A stretch of 32,581 nucleotides of DNA from Candidatus Hadarchaeota archaeon (lineage in GTDB: Archaea > Hadarchaeota > Hadarchaeia > Hadarchaeales > JAGGTB01), in the NCBI GenBank assembly GCA_964554215.1, contig CAZKND010000006.1:1-32581 (forward strand), given 5' to 3'. The position numbers and the translations under genes were made by a program. The notes under the pieces were generated by a model that was given only the letters and a program-made list of their open reading frames with translations, made no database searches and was not told the origin of the DNA. Shown one piece after another: positions 17,972 to 26,173 of the stretch; the first letter of the stretch is position 1, and the number at the start of each line of letters is the position of its first letter.

Positions 17972-19063
17972 ATGAAAAAGGAAGTAATTGTCCTTGGGGG
18001 AGGTTTTTGTGGAATTACAGCAGCAAAAAATCTGGAGAATAAAAAAGAGATAAATCTGACTTTGATAGATAAAAAATCCTATTTTGAATACTATCCAGGA
18101 CTACATGAACTCATTGCTCAACCCAATCTTTACAAAAATATGATTATACCATTCAAAGAAATTTTGAAAAACACAAACCTCATCCATGAAAAAGTGGAGA
18201 AAGTCGAGCCTCAGAAAGTAAAAACTGAGAAAAGAACAAAAGAATTCGATTATTTAATCATAAGCGCAGGCGCCAACTATCCTATATTCATAGAGGATAG
18301 GAATGTTTTCACTGTAACTTCAGTCGAAAATACCCTAAAGTTAAGCAAGAAGGTCCGAAATTCGGAAAGTATCGCAGTAATCGGCGGAGGTCCAATAGGA
18401 ACCGAAGTCACTGGAGAACTGATCACGAAGACTTCAGGTAAAAAAATCACATTGATTCACCTAAGAAATAGACTCTTGGAAAGAGGGCCAAAAAAAGCTT
18501 CCAACTACGCTAAAAATCTCCTGGAGGAAAATGGAGCAGAAGTTGTGTTGGGTGAAAAAATCGTTGAACATCCGCCCGGAAAATTTCTAACAGACAAAGG
18601 GAAAGAGATTGAGGCAGATTTAGGAATATGGTGTGGAGGGATAAAACCTAATATTGAATTTATGGAAGGCTTTGAAGATTCAATATACTCTGAAAATGGT
18701 GCTTTGAAGGTAACTAATAAACTAAACCTAACAGGACACTCAAATATCTTCGCCGGAGGGGATCTTAATAGCATCCCCGAAGAAAAAACCGCCCACAATG
18801 CAGAAATCCATGGTTATACGATTGCAGAAAATATACTCCGCTCTATAAAAGGAAAAAATCTAACCGAACACTACCCACAGGAAAGCCCCCTACTGATAAG
18901 TCTAGGTTCTCACAATGGAATGCTAACTTTCCAAGACTGGACATTAGACGGATATCCTCCCCTTCTGATGAAGGACCTGATCAGGAGATGGACCATGTTA
19001 AAACTCAAGAGTAAACGACTCCCCAAATTAGAAAAATTCCTATTAAAAAACTCCCCATTATAA
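17972..19063 (+). CDS. FAD/NAD(P)-dependent oxidoreductase of the NDH-2 / AIF-like family.
   Basis: Two Rossmann GxGxxG motifs (VIVLGGGFCGITAA; IAVIGGGPIGTEV) and IFAGGDL. AAAGGGGAAA lies upstream of the ATG. Confidence 0.75.
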   Translation: MKKEVIVLGGGFCGITAAKNLENKKEINLTLIDKKSYFEYYPGLHELIAQPNLYKNMIIPFKEILKNTNLIHEKVEKVEPQKVKTEKRTKEFDYLIISAGANYPIFIEDRNVFTVTSVENTLKLSKKVRNSESIAVIGGGPIGTEVTGELITKTSGKKITLIHLRNRLLERGPKKASNYAKNLLEENGAEVVLGEKIVEHPPGKFLTDKGKEIEADLGIWCGGIKPNIEFMEGFEDSIYSENGALKVTNKLNLTGHSNIFAGGDLNSIPEEKTAHNAEIHGYTIAENILRSIKGKNLTEHYPQESPLLISLGSHNGMLTFQDWTLDGYPPLLMKDLIRRWTMLKLKSKRLPKLEKFLLKNSPL

Positions 19064-19173
19064 GAAAAATCTCAAAACAAAAGAAGGTAAAACAAATTTA
19101 TACCGTATCAGGTAATCAAACAATCAAGCTTAAATGATAGAACTTATGTACTTTCACAATAAGTTCGAGAAAG

Positions 19174-19644
19174 ATGAAACCTGAAAAGATTGAAAAGGTC
19201 CTAATCCCCTACACAGGAGAAAAATTACCGGAAAAAGCAGAAAAAGAGGCCCTAGATAGGCTGGAAAAAGGGGGTAAGCTTTTCCTTCTACACATTGTAG
19301 ATGAAGCGCCAAAAAGAAGTTTAAGATATAGGACGGGCCAAATCGGCGAAAATAGCCAGATAGTCAAAACATTTGAAGAAACCATGTCAAAAACTCAGAA
19401 AAGAGAAGCGAAAGAATACGTTGAAGAAGTAAAGGAAAGAGCCGCTAATAAGGGAATTTCAGTCGAAGCTATTTACGCAGAAGGATCTCCAGGAGAAGAA
19501 ACCGTAAAAGCTGTTGAGGAACACTCTATTCAACTAATCCTCATGGAAGAAATAAGAAACAAAATAACTGAAATCTTTGCTGGCGATGAAGTAGACTATA
19601 TAGATAGTAGAGTTCCTTGTGGAATAGAAACTGTTTCTACATAA
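19174..19644 (+). CDS. Universal stress protein (UspA-fold)-like protein.
   Basis: KVLIPYTGE ... LFLLHIVDE ... EGSPGEETVKAVEEHSIQLILM ... VPCGIETV follows the Usp strand/helix pattern. The G-2x-G-9x-G(S/T) ATP motif is degenerate. Confidence 0.5.
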   Translation: MKPEKIEKVLIPYTGEKLPEKAEKEALDRLEKGGKLFLLHIVDEAPKRSLRYRTGQIGENSQIVKTFEETMSKTQKREAKEYVEEVKERAANKGISVEAIYAEGSPGEETVKAVEEHSIQLILMEEIRNKITEIFAGDEVDYIDSRVPCGIETVST

Positions 19645-19647
19645 ACA

Positions 19648-21090
19648 CTACCATAGCCCTATAAGCTTCCACCAACCGAGACCTATGGTTAAAAACACGA
19701 CTATGCTCAGTAAACCAAGCACAATGCCGGCCTTGAGCAAATTCTTCAAATCAATTCTTCCAGTTGAATAAACCAGTGCTGCACTCGGGGTCGCCACAGG
19801 AAGCATGAAAGCCATAGCTGCTCCCATTGCGATCAAAAATGTAGATACTTGAGGAGAAAAAGAAGCAGCCAAGGTTGGAATAGCTATAGGAAGTATAACA
19901 GCTGTAGCTGCAGCATTACTCATCACGTTAGACAGAAAAACGATCAAGACCAGGAAAATCGCCAAAAGCAAAAACGGATAGCCAGGACCTATAACGGAAG
20001 TAAGTCCACTAGCTATGAAATCAACGGAGCCCGTCACTTGCAAAGCATGGCTGATAGAAAGAGCACCACCATATAGGAAGAGAATACCCCAAGGCATGTT
20101 CTGTTCGATATCTCTCCAGGTGATGGTCCTTGTAAGATATAGCAAGATCATGCCCCCTACCGCTACCGTGGCAAGCCCTATTCCGGTACCAACAGTCACC
20201 CACAAAATTAAAGCAAATGCAAATATTATCGCAGCCTTCTTCTCATTTCTACTCATCGGGCCCAATTCCTCCATCTCCTCTTCTAATTCTCCCTTGACCC
20301 TGTCAATATCTATTTCACCCCACGGAAATACAACTCTAAGGACTAGAAATGTAAGAACCAAAAGAGCCAGTGATATCGGCACCCCTGCAACCATCCACTC
20401 TACAAAACCTAAAGATATACCTTCCAAACTTTCCAGAATACCTATTGCCAAAACGTTCCTAGCCCCTCCTAAGAGCGAAGCAATACTACCTACCGACGTC
20501 CCATAAGTCAAAGCCAAAAGGAGAGAGATAGTGAAATTAGAATCATCCGCTACTTTCCCCGCCTCAAGTATTCCCAAAACAACGGGCAAAAGAAGAGCTG
20601 CCACTGCATGACAGGGTATAGTCCACGAAAGTAAACCACTCAAAATTATTAAACCAAAAATAAGCGTGGTCGAATTCCGACCAAAACTTCTCAAGAATTT
20701 TACCGCCACCCTTTTGTGAAGATTTGTCTTCTGCATAGCTGTGGAAAAAGAAAATGCACCTAATAGGAAAAACAAGGCCGTGCTACCAAATCCAACAAAA
20801 GATTCCTCAGGATTCACAATACCCAAAGTAGGAAGGAAAATCACACCCAGTAAAGCCGTAACACCCATAGGTAGCGCTTCAGTGACCCATAAAATTCCGA
20901 CAAAAGCCAGAATACCTAAAGCTCTTTGCCCTTGAGCAGTGAGAATTTCAGAAGTGGGGATTATTGAGATTACAAAAAGTGCAATCAGTGCCAAAATGAT
21001 ATACTGAACACGTCTTTTCAACTCGGAACTAGAAAATTCGTCAGTCTTACCTTCTATTATAGAATCATCATCACTCGCCATCTTCCTCAC
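19648..21090 (-). CDS. DASS/SLC13 (ArsB/NhaD superfamily) anion:sodium symporter-type permease, without TrkA-C domains.
   Basis: Polytopic. The signature-like SNVMSNAAATAVILPIAIP lies near the C-terminus, with a matching first-half repeat GSIASLLGGARN. GTG 21090 or ATG 21081 start. Confidence 0.8.
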   Translation of the reverse strand: MRKMASDDDSIIEGKTDEFSSSELKRRVQYIILALIALFVISIIPTSEILTAQGQRALGILAFVGILWVTEALPMGVTALLGVIFLPTLGIVNPEESFVGFGSTALFFLLGAFSFSTAMQKTNLHKRVAVKFLRSFGRNSTTLIFGLIILSGLLSWTIPCHAVAALLLPVVLGILEAGKVADDSNFTISLLLALTYGTSVGSIASLLGGARNVLAIGILESLEGISLGFVEWMVAGVPISLALLVLTFLVLRVVFPWGEIDIDRVKGELEEEMEELGPMSRNEKKAAIIFAFALILWVTVGTGIGLATVAVGGMILLYLTRTITWRDIEQNMPWGILFLYGGALSISHALQVTGSVDFIASGLTSVIGPGYPFLLLAIFLVLIVFLSNVMSNAAATAVILPIAIPTLAASFSPQVSTFLIAMGAAMAFMLPVATPSAALVYSTGRIDLKNLLKAGIVLGLLSIVVFLTIGLGWWKLIGLW

Positions 21091-21163
21091 ATCTCTTTCT
21101 TAACAACTTTCGATATACTGAAATAGACCATTGATTATTTTCAAAACTAAAAAATATTATATG

Positions 21164-22006
21164 CTAACCTAAAATTCCACCGAGCTTAGCCCCTTCGTCT
21201 GAAATTTTAAATTTCCTAATCTTCTTACTGTGATCAGAACCTCTCATCTTCAGAACACTTATACTCTTATTGACCTCATTTTCCTCCTCGATATACCTCA
21301 GTAAAATAATTCCATCGGTCAAAGAACTCAATCTGAGGTCACCTGTCTTCATTGAACTCAAATGAGATTTTGAGTCCTCATTGAACATAGGCCTAGCCAT
21401 ATGGGTCATCAAACAAGTGATCCCTCTAGGTTTCAATATAGAGTTCAGCTCCAACAATAATTCCCTCAAATCATCCTTACTCATCTCAGCAGATGGAATA
21501 GAAGAAATCGAATCCACCACCATCCGCTCCACATCCACCGCATCAACTACATCTCTAACATCATGGAGAAACCTGTCAGGATAAGTATCTATCAAATTAG
21601 GCGTGATAAACTCCAAAAGACCATCATCCATATATTTTTCGAAATCCCAACCGTGAGATCTGGCAATGCTTCTAATCTGAGGTGTTGGCTCTTCTAGATT
21701 TACAAACAGAGCTGGCTCCCCCTTCTTCATCCCCTCAACTAAAAATTGCATTGCTAAAGTCGATTTCCCGGTTCCAGTATTACCTGATAAAATAATATTA
21801 TGCCCTTCGGGATATCCTCCATTAAGCATTTCATCCAATTTGTCTACACCGGTTCCTTTTCTATCTTCAAAATCTGTCTCGGCAATAGTCTTCCTAGGAA
21901 TTATTTTGGGATATAGACAAATCCCGTTGGATGTTATATTGAAATTTATCTCACCACTTTTGTAGTCAACCCCCCTCATCTTAAGCACATTTAAGGATCT
22001 GACCAT
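21164..22006 (-). CDS. KaiC-like RecA-superfamily ATPase, C-terminal fragment: tail of domain 1 plus complete domain 2.
   Basis: Begins MVRSLNVLKMRGVDYKSGEINFNITSNGICLYP, which is the C-terminal KMRG..H...F.I...GI element of a preceding KaiC domain. Domain 2 follows, with Walker A ILSGNTGTGKSTLAMQF, Walker B RMVVDSIS and a second SVLKMRGSDHSKKIRKFKISDEG. Confidence 0.8.
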   Translation of the reverse strand: MVRSLNVLKMRGVDYKSGEINFNITSNGICLYPKIIPRKTIAETDFEDRKGTGVDKLDEMLNGGYPEGHNIILSGNTGTGKSTLAMQFLVEGMKKGEPALFVNLEEPTPQIRSIARSHGWDFEKYMDDGLLEFITPNLIDTYPDRFLHDVRDVVDAVDVERMVVDSISSIPSAEMSKDDLRELLLELNSILKPRGITCLMTHMARPMFNEDSKSHLSSMKTGDLRLSSLTDGIILLRYIEEENEVNKSISVLKMRGSDHSKKIRKFKISDEGAKLGGILG

Positions 22007-22017
22007 CTTTCTCTCTC

Positions 22018-22617
22018 CTAAACATAATCCAATTCTATAATCCCATCTGAGATGAAATCCTCCACTTCAAAACGGGAGGAGTACTCCTTCTCTGAAATCA
22101 GAAAAGTCGTGCAACCTAAGCCACTGAGAACAGTTCCTAATCTAAAAATAAAATCCCTAAACAAACCCTTATCACCGAAACGTAATCCCGCAGCTGTTAT
22201 GGAATCTATCACTAATCTTTTAGCATCATAATCCTCAACAAAATCTCTAATTACATCTACAAGATTATCCACATCTTCCCTAACAACATCTTCACCGCCC
22301 TTAATCCCCAAAGCATCCATAATGCTACGAAGATCTGTGACCTTAATATTCCCTTCATTCAAAGCCTCCTCATCGAAAAAGTCCATAGAATTCATATTCT
22401 GAAGAGCTTTTTCAAAAGGCTCAGTAGCAGCTATATATATTCCTGATTCATCAAACTGCTTCTGACCTTCAAATAACCATTGCATTGAAAGAATCGTCTT
22501 ACCGGTTCCTGCTTTACCTCTCAGCAATACAACATGACCCTCTGGGATTCCTCCCTGCAAGGTCTCATCCAATCCATCTATACCTGTCTGTCTAACTTCC
22601 CTATCTAAATCGTTCAT
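22018..22617 (-). CDS. KaiC-like RecA-superfamily ATPase, N-terminal fragment: domain 1 lacking its KMRG tail.
   Basis: GIDGLDETLQGGIPEGHVVLLRGKAGTGKTILSMQWL (Walker A), RLVIDSIT (Walker B). It ends DGIIELDYV* just before the expected KMRG element, which is found in the -1 frame 11 nt downstream. Confidence 0.8.
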   Translation of the reverse strand: MNDLDREVRQTGIDGLDETLQGGIPEGHVVLLRGKAGTGKTILSMQWLFEGQKQFDESGIYIAATEPFEKALQNMNSMDFFDEEALNEGNIKVTDLRSIMDALGIKGGEDVVREDVDNLVDVIRDFVEDYDAKRLVIDSITAAGLRFGDKGLFRDFIFRLGTVLSGLGCTTFLISEKEYSSRFEVEDFISDGIIELDYV

Positions 22618-22883
22618 AAAATCAACCTCAATCGATACCAGTTCCTTTCTACATTCTATTTATTATGATAATCAAGCTTAAAATCTCTATGATATTACCT
22701 TCCTAAAAAGAAAATTCTATTTTTTGACTTTTAAAAGGTTCAAATCAAATCTCCAAATAAGTGAGAAGTTCGAAATATTAATAATTCTCGTTCAGAGTGA
22801 GCTGGTGTCCTCATCAATCAGGAAATAAAACTTTCATCATCACGAGCATCCTAAAATTATTCAAACTGTCCTAAAACTTATTT

Positions 22884-23387
22884 TCATCGATTAGTCCTAG
22901 ACTTTTCAAATATCCAAATCTTATAATTCACCACCCTAACATTCCCTCCTGCCTCAACCACAGTCACACCACCTTCCGAAGGAATACTCCCCCCATAATA
23001 GGCGTTTTCAGGATAAGAAACAGTCCACCTAGCAGTTCCACCATTATCCATCTCCAAACTCATTTCAAGAGCAGCACCTTTTCTCGGAGGGGATAAAAAC
23101 TCCAGCACATTTTCCATCCAGCTATGCAAATATTCATTTTCAACCCTGGGGTTCTTCAAAATCAACTGTTCCGCAGAAGCTTCAAGGGCCCCTACCCCAG
23201 GCCTAGGTTCAGAATGTCTCAAGGTCCCAGCCAAATTAATCCTCTGCATCTCTACTCTACGATTATTCGAAGCTTTGAGCGGGTTGATATTGTAACCGAA
23301 TAGAAGACTCACTGTGATTACAAGAAATAAAAACAGAAAGACAACTACCACTATATCTGAAACACCTTTCTGATCTAACTGTACCAT
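22884..23387 (-). CDS. Pilin-like protein with a class III (type IV prepilin-like) signal peptide; cassette position C'.
   Basis: N-terminus MVQLDQKG|VSDIVVVVFLFLFLVITVSLLFGY has a charged residue, then Gly, then a roughly 20-residue hydrophobic helix. GGAGGT lies 6 nt upstream. The start is nested 13 nt inside the preceding gene. Confidence 0.65.
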   Translation of the reverse strand: MVQLDQKGVSDIVVVVFLFLFLVITVSLLFGYNINPLKASNNRRVEMQRINLAGTLRHSEPRPGVGALEASAEQLILKNPRVENEYLHSWMENVLEFLSPPRKGAALEMSLEMDNGGTARWTVSYPENAYYGGSIPSEGGVTVVEAGGNVRVVNYKIWIFEKSRTNR

Positions 23388-23803
23388 GCTATAACCTCCA
23401 GTTTCGCGGGTTCTCTCCCCTCAGCCATTGTCACAGGAACGGAGATGGAACTTTTCATAGCGTTTCCAGGAGGCGAATTGTCAAAGTAAGCAATCTGTCC
23501 TCCGCTAAAATGTTCTAACCTAATTTTGTACTCGAAAGTCTGACCGGCTAGTTCTCTTTCAAAATCAATCTTCTCATTATCAAGCTTGTTCCTATCCAAC
23601 ATGTATTCCACCGGATTGTTTTCAGCTCCTCTTTTGACAAGGACCCTTGTCGATAAATCAGAAGCAATGCTGGTAGTTGCATCCGAAAGGGTAGTCATCT
23701 CCTGAACTCGCCTATTCTGCCTGTAAGCTGCCAGTGTAGAAGCTATGAAAGTGACCACGAATATTAGTATTATTAAAACTCTAAGTATTCGGGAAATCTC
23801 CAT
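23375..23803 (-). CDS. N-terminally anchored small protein (putative minor pilin / filament accessory); cassette position B'.
   Basis: MEISRILRVLIILIFVVTFIASTLAAY anchor. GGGAGGTCTGAGG lies upstream. The start is 2 nt after the stop of the preceding gene. Confidence 0.6.
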   Translation of the reverse strand: MEISRILRVLIILIFVVTFIASTLAAYRQNRRVQEMTTLSDATTSIASDLSTRVLVKRGAENNPVEYMLDRNKLDNEKIDFERELAGQTFEYKIRLEHFSGGQIAYFDNSPPGNAMKSSISVPVTMAEGREPAKLEVIAWYS

Positions 23804-23805
23804 CC

Positions 23806-24189
23806 TCAGACCTCCCTAACTTCTATCAAATACTCATCATTATCCTCATACAGACTAAATCTTAGATTATAAACACCGGCAGAAAAATTATTTTCCACAT
23901 AAGAATACTGATCCTTCACATCTAGAGTTTCGGTTGAACCATCAATGCTCACAGAATTCTCCTCAAATTTTAGTTGATATCCAGAAGGGACTTCTACCTC
24001 TAATTCAAAATTTTCCCGTGGGTTACCAGGGGTCAAAAAATTCTTAATAACTGCATCATCGATATCTTCCACAGCATCCTGTGCATCCAAATGCGCCTGA
24101 TAATCCTGAAACTGTCCATAACCAACTATGAAACCTAAAACAGAAATACTAGCTAAAACGACCAATCCTACCAATTTTAGAGCATACAT
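23806..24189 (-). CDS. N-terminally anchored small protein (putative minor pilin / filament accessory); cassette position A'. Paralogue of 28717..29070.
   Basis: MYALKLVGLVVLASISVLGFIVGYG anchor. GTGAGGA upstream. Shares V.LASI, IK...TP.N, NFE..V, LKFEE/G.N and G...L.F blocks with the 117-aa protein at 28717. Confidence 0.6.
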   Translation of the reverse strand: MYALKLVGLVVLASISVLGFIVGYGQFQDYQAHLDAQDAVEDIDDAVIKNFLTPGNPRENFELEVEVPSGYQLKFEENSVSIDGSTETLDVKDQYSYVENNFSAGVYNLRFSLYEDNDEYLIEVREV

Positions 24190-24211
24190 AAGTCCTCACA
24201 CTTATCTCGAA

Positions 24212-26173
24212 TTATACACCGATGACGCTCAAGAAGGAAAACCCTAGATAAGACAGAGTAAAGATCGTCGTTCCAGAGATTACAGCCAAAGGCACTTTAT
24301 CCCAGAACTCAATCGGATCCCTTCCTACCTTGATGACAGAAATATGTCTCACGACGATCAAAATCAAAGAGATAACAGTTATACCCATAACTAGAGTCAA
24401 AAGCGCCAACTGTCCCTCTGGAAGCGAACCCGTCAATAATGGGATACCCGACAATCCCGCTCCCTCTGCCGTTTGCTCAACAGATATAGAAATCTCACCC
24501 ATGAAATCCATAACCCAAACCGATAAAGCACAAACCACCGGCAATAGAATCAGTCCCATCATCCAAAGATTTCCCGTAGCATCACCTATCCTCTCTCTAA
24601 ACCTCCTCTCGACATCATTCAAAGTATCCAAAAAATCAGCCGCCTGCATAGAAGCCCTGCCAGCAGCTTTCTCAGAACCCTTCTTAACACGAGTTATCAC
24701 TCCCAACAGATTCGCCACAAGTGGATTGTATATATTACCTAACAATCCCGTCTCGAAAAACGCATAACTAGCATTGGTAGAAAACTTATCCATAGTATCA
24801 GTAGCCTGAGTCAAAATCCGCCCGACATCCGACCCCTCCATCAATCCAGAAGTCTCTTTCATAGCTTGCCTCATAGGTCGACCATCGATGATTCTCGAAC
24901 CGATCACGTTCAAAGCCATAGTCCAATCGCGAGTCGCTTCTCTAATCTGATCCCTAATCTCCGCTCTAGGCCCGACTTTCAAATGCGCATAAACGGCTAT
25001 ACCGCCGGTCAGACCCCAAACTATCCAGAAAGTATTCGGCCAAGCGACCAAAACAGACTCGGCGAAAATATCAGCTAAATAGAAGAATCCTGGAAGTGAA
25101 ATCAGGAGAAATGTGACTAGCGAAGGAATCCAAATCGAAACATTCCTTCCAAGAATTTTTGCCTTTCCGGAAGGGGGAACCCGAGGGTCATCTTGAGGGA
25201 TACTTGGAGGTGGAACGGTAGCAGGACGCTTACGTCCGATGAAAGTGGTAAAAGCAAGGAAACTTATGATAATCGCTGCTGCAGCTAAAGTGAAATACCT
25301 TATATCGATAAAGTTCATGCCAATCAGTCCAAAAATAGGCGACAGCCCTATAACCCCGACAATCACCAAAGAACCGAAAACCATGAATGTCATTGTCGGC
25401 ATCACTAACGAATCCAATCTAGAACCTAACTGTCTCTCCGCACTATCGAGAACTCTATCCGGAGCTTTAGCCACATCCTGCTGACGTAAAGTTTCTTCAG
25501 TCTGACCGGTTGAACGTAAAATATCAAAAATTGCCCTTCTCACACCCTCATCTATCTCACCCCAATTATGGGCTATTACTGTCAATAATTCTCTAACCGA
25601 TTCATAACTCCTCCTCTGATCCATCTCCAAAAATCCTTCTCGAATATCCTCCGCCAGTTTTCCATCGCTTGCATTGGAAGCAAAAATTGCAGCCCCTCTC
25701 AGATCCGGTCGATGATGAAGGGCAAAACTCATCAACATAATGGTTTCAATAGCCCTTGACTGAGCTTCGGACTTAGCTATATCAGCAGAGCTGACCGGAT
25801 AATAATAGAAAACTGCTCCGCACAGGCCTGAAAGCACAACACCCAAAATTGGAAGATACAATATCGAACTGAGTGAAGTCCCCAAGAACAATAAAACTAT
25901 CAATGGAACAATAGTTGCTATAATAGGCAGAAATATTGATGAAAAGAATCCGGCCCACCACTCTGCCGGCGTTACTCTGAGACCCGCCAATGAAATCTTT
26001 TTCCTGGTTTCCTCTTCTAACTCCATACCTTCAGTTAGGCTTCCAAAGATTAGCACTGAAAAACGGCAAATTTTTTCATAAAATGTAAGTGGCTCTTCTT
26101 CCTTTTTTTTAATTTCTTCCAAAATTTCTTTTACGTCTCGAGATACCTCCGGTAAAATATCCGGTTCTTTCAA
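24212..26173 (-). CDS. Polytopic membrane platform protein of the T2SS-F / TadC / FlaJ(ArlJ) / PilC family.
   Basis: 653 aa with a duplicated architecture: TM pair, about 100-aa cytoplasmic helical domain, then TMs. The TTG start overlaps the ATPase stop (TTGA), with GGAGGGTG upstream. Gene order (ATPase, then platform) is canonical for type IV filament systems. Confidence 0.7.
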   Translation of the reverse strand: MKEPDILPEVSRDVKEILEEIKKKEEEPLTFYEKICRFSVLIFGSLTEGMELEEETRKKISLAGLRVTPAEWWAGFFSSIFLPIIATIVPLIVLLFLGTSLSSILYLPILGVVLSGLCGAVFYYYPVSSADIAKSEAQSRAIETIMLMSFALHHRPDLRGAAIFASNASDGKLAEDIREGFLEMDQRRSYESVRELLTVIAHNWGEIDEGVRRAIFDILRSTGQTEETLRQQDVAKAPDRVLDSAERQLGSRLDSLVMPTMTFMVFGSLVIVGVIGLSPIFGLIGMNFIDIRYFTLAAAAIIISFLAFTTFIGRKRPATVPPPSIPQDDPRVPPSGKAKILGRNVSIWIPSLVTFLLISLPGFFYLADIFAESVLVAWPNTFWIVWGLTGGIAVYAHLKVGPRAEIRDQIREATRDWTMALNVIGSRIIDGRPMRQAMKETSGLMEGSDVGRILTQATDTMDKFSTNASYAFFETGLLGNIYNPLVANLLGVITRVKKGSEKAAGRASMQAADFLDTLNDVERRFRERIGDATGNLWMMGLILLPVVCALSVWVMDFMGEISISVEQTAEGAGLSGIPLLTGSLPEGQLALLTLVMGITVISLILIVVRHISVIKVGRDPIEFWDKVPLAVISGTTIFTLSYLGFSFLSVIGV

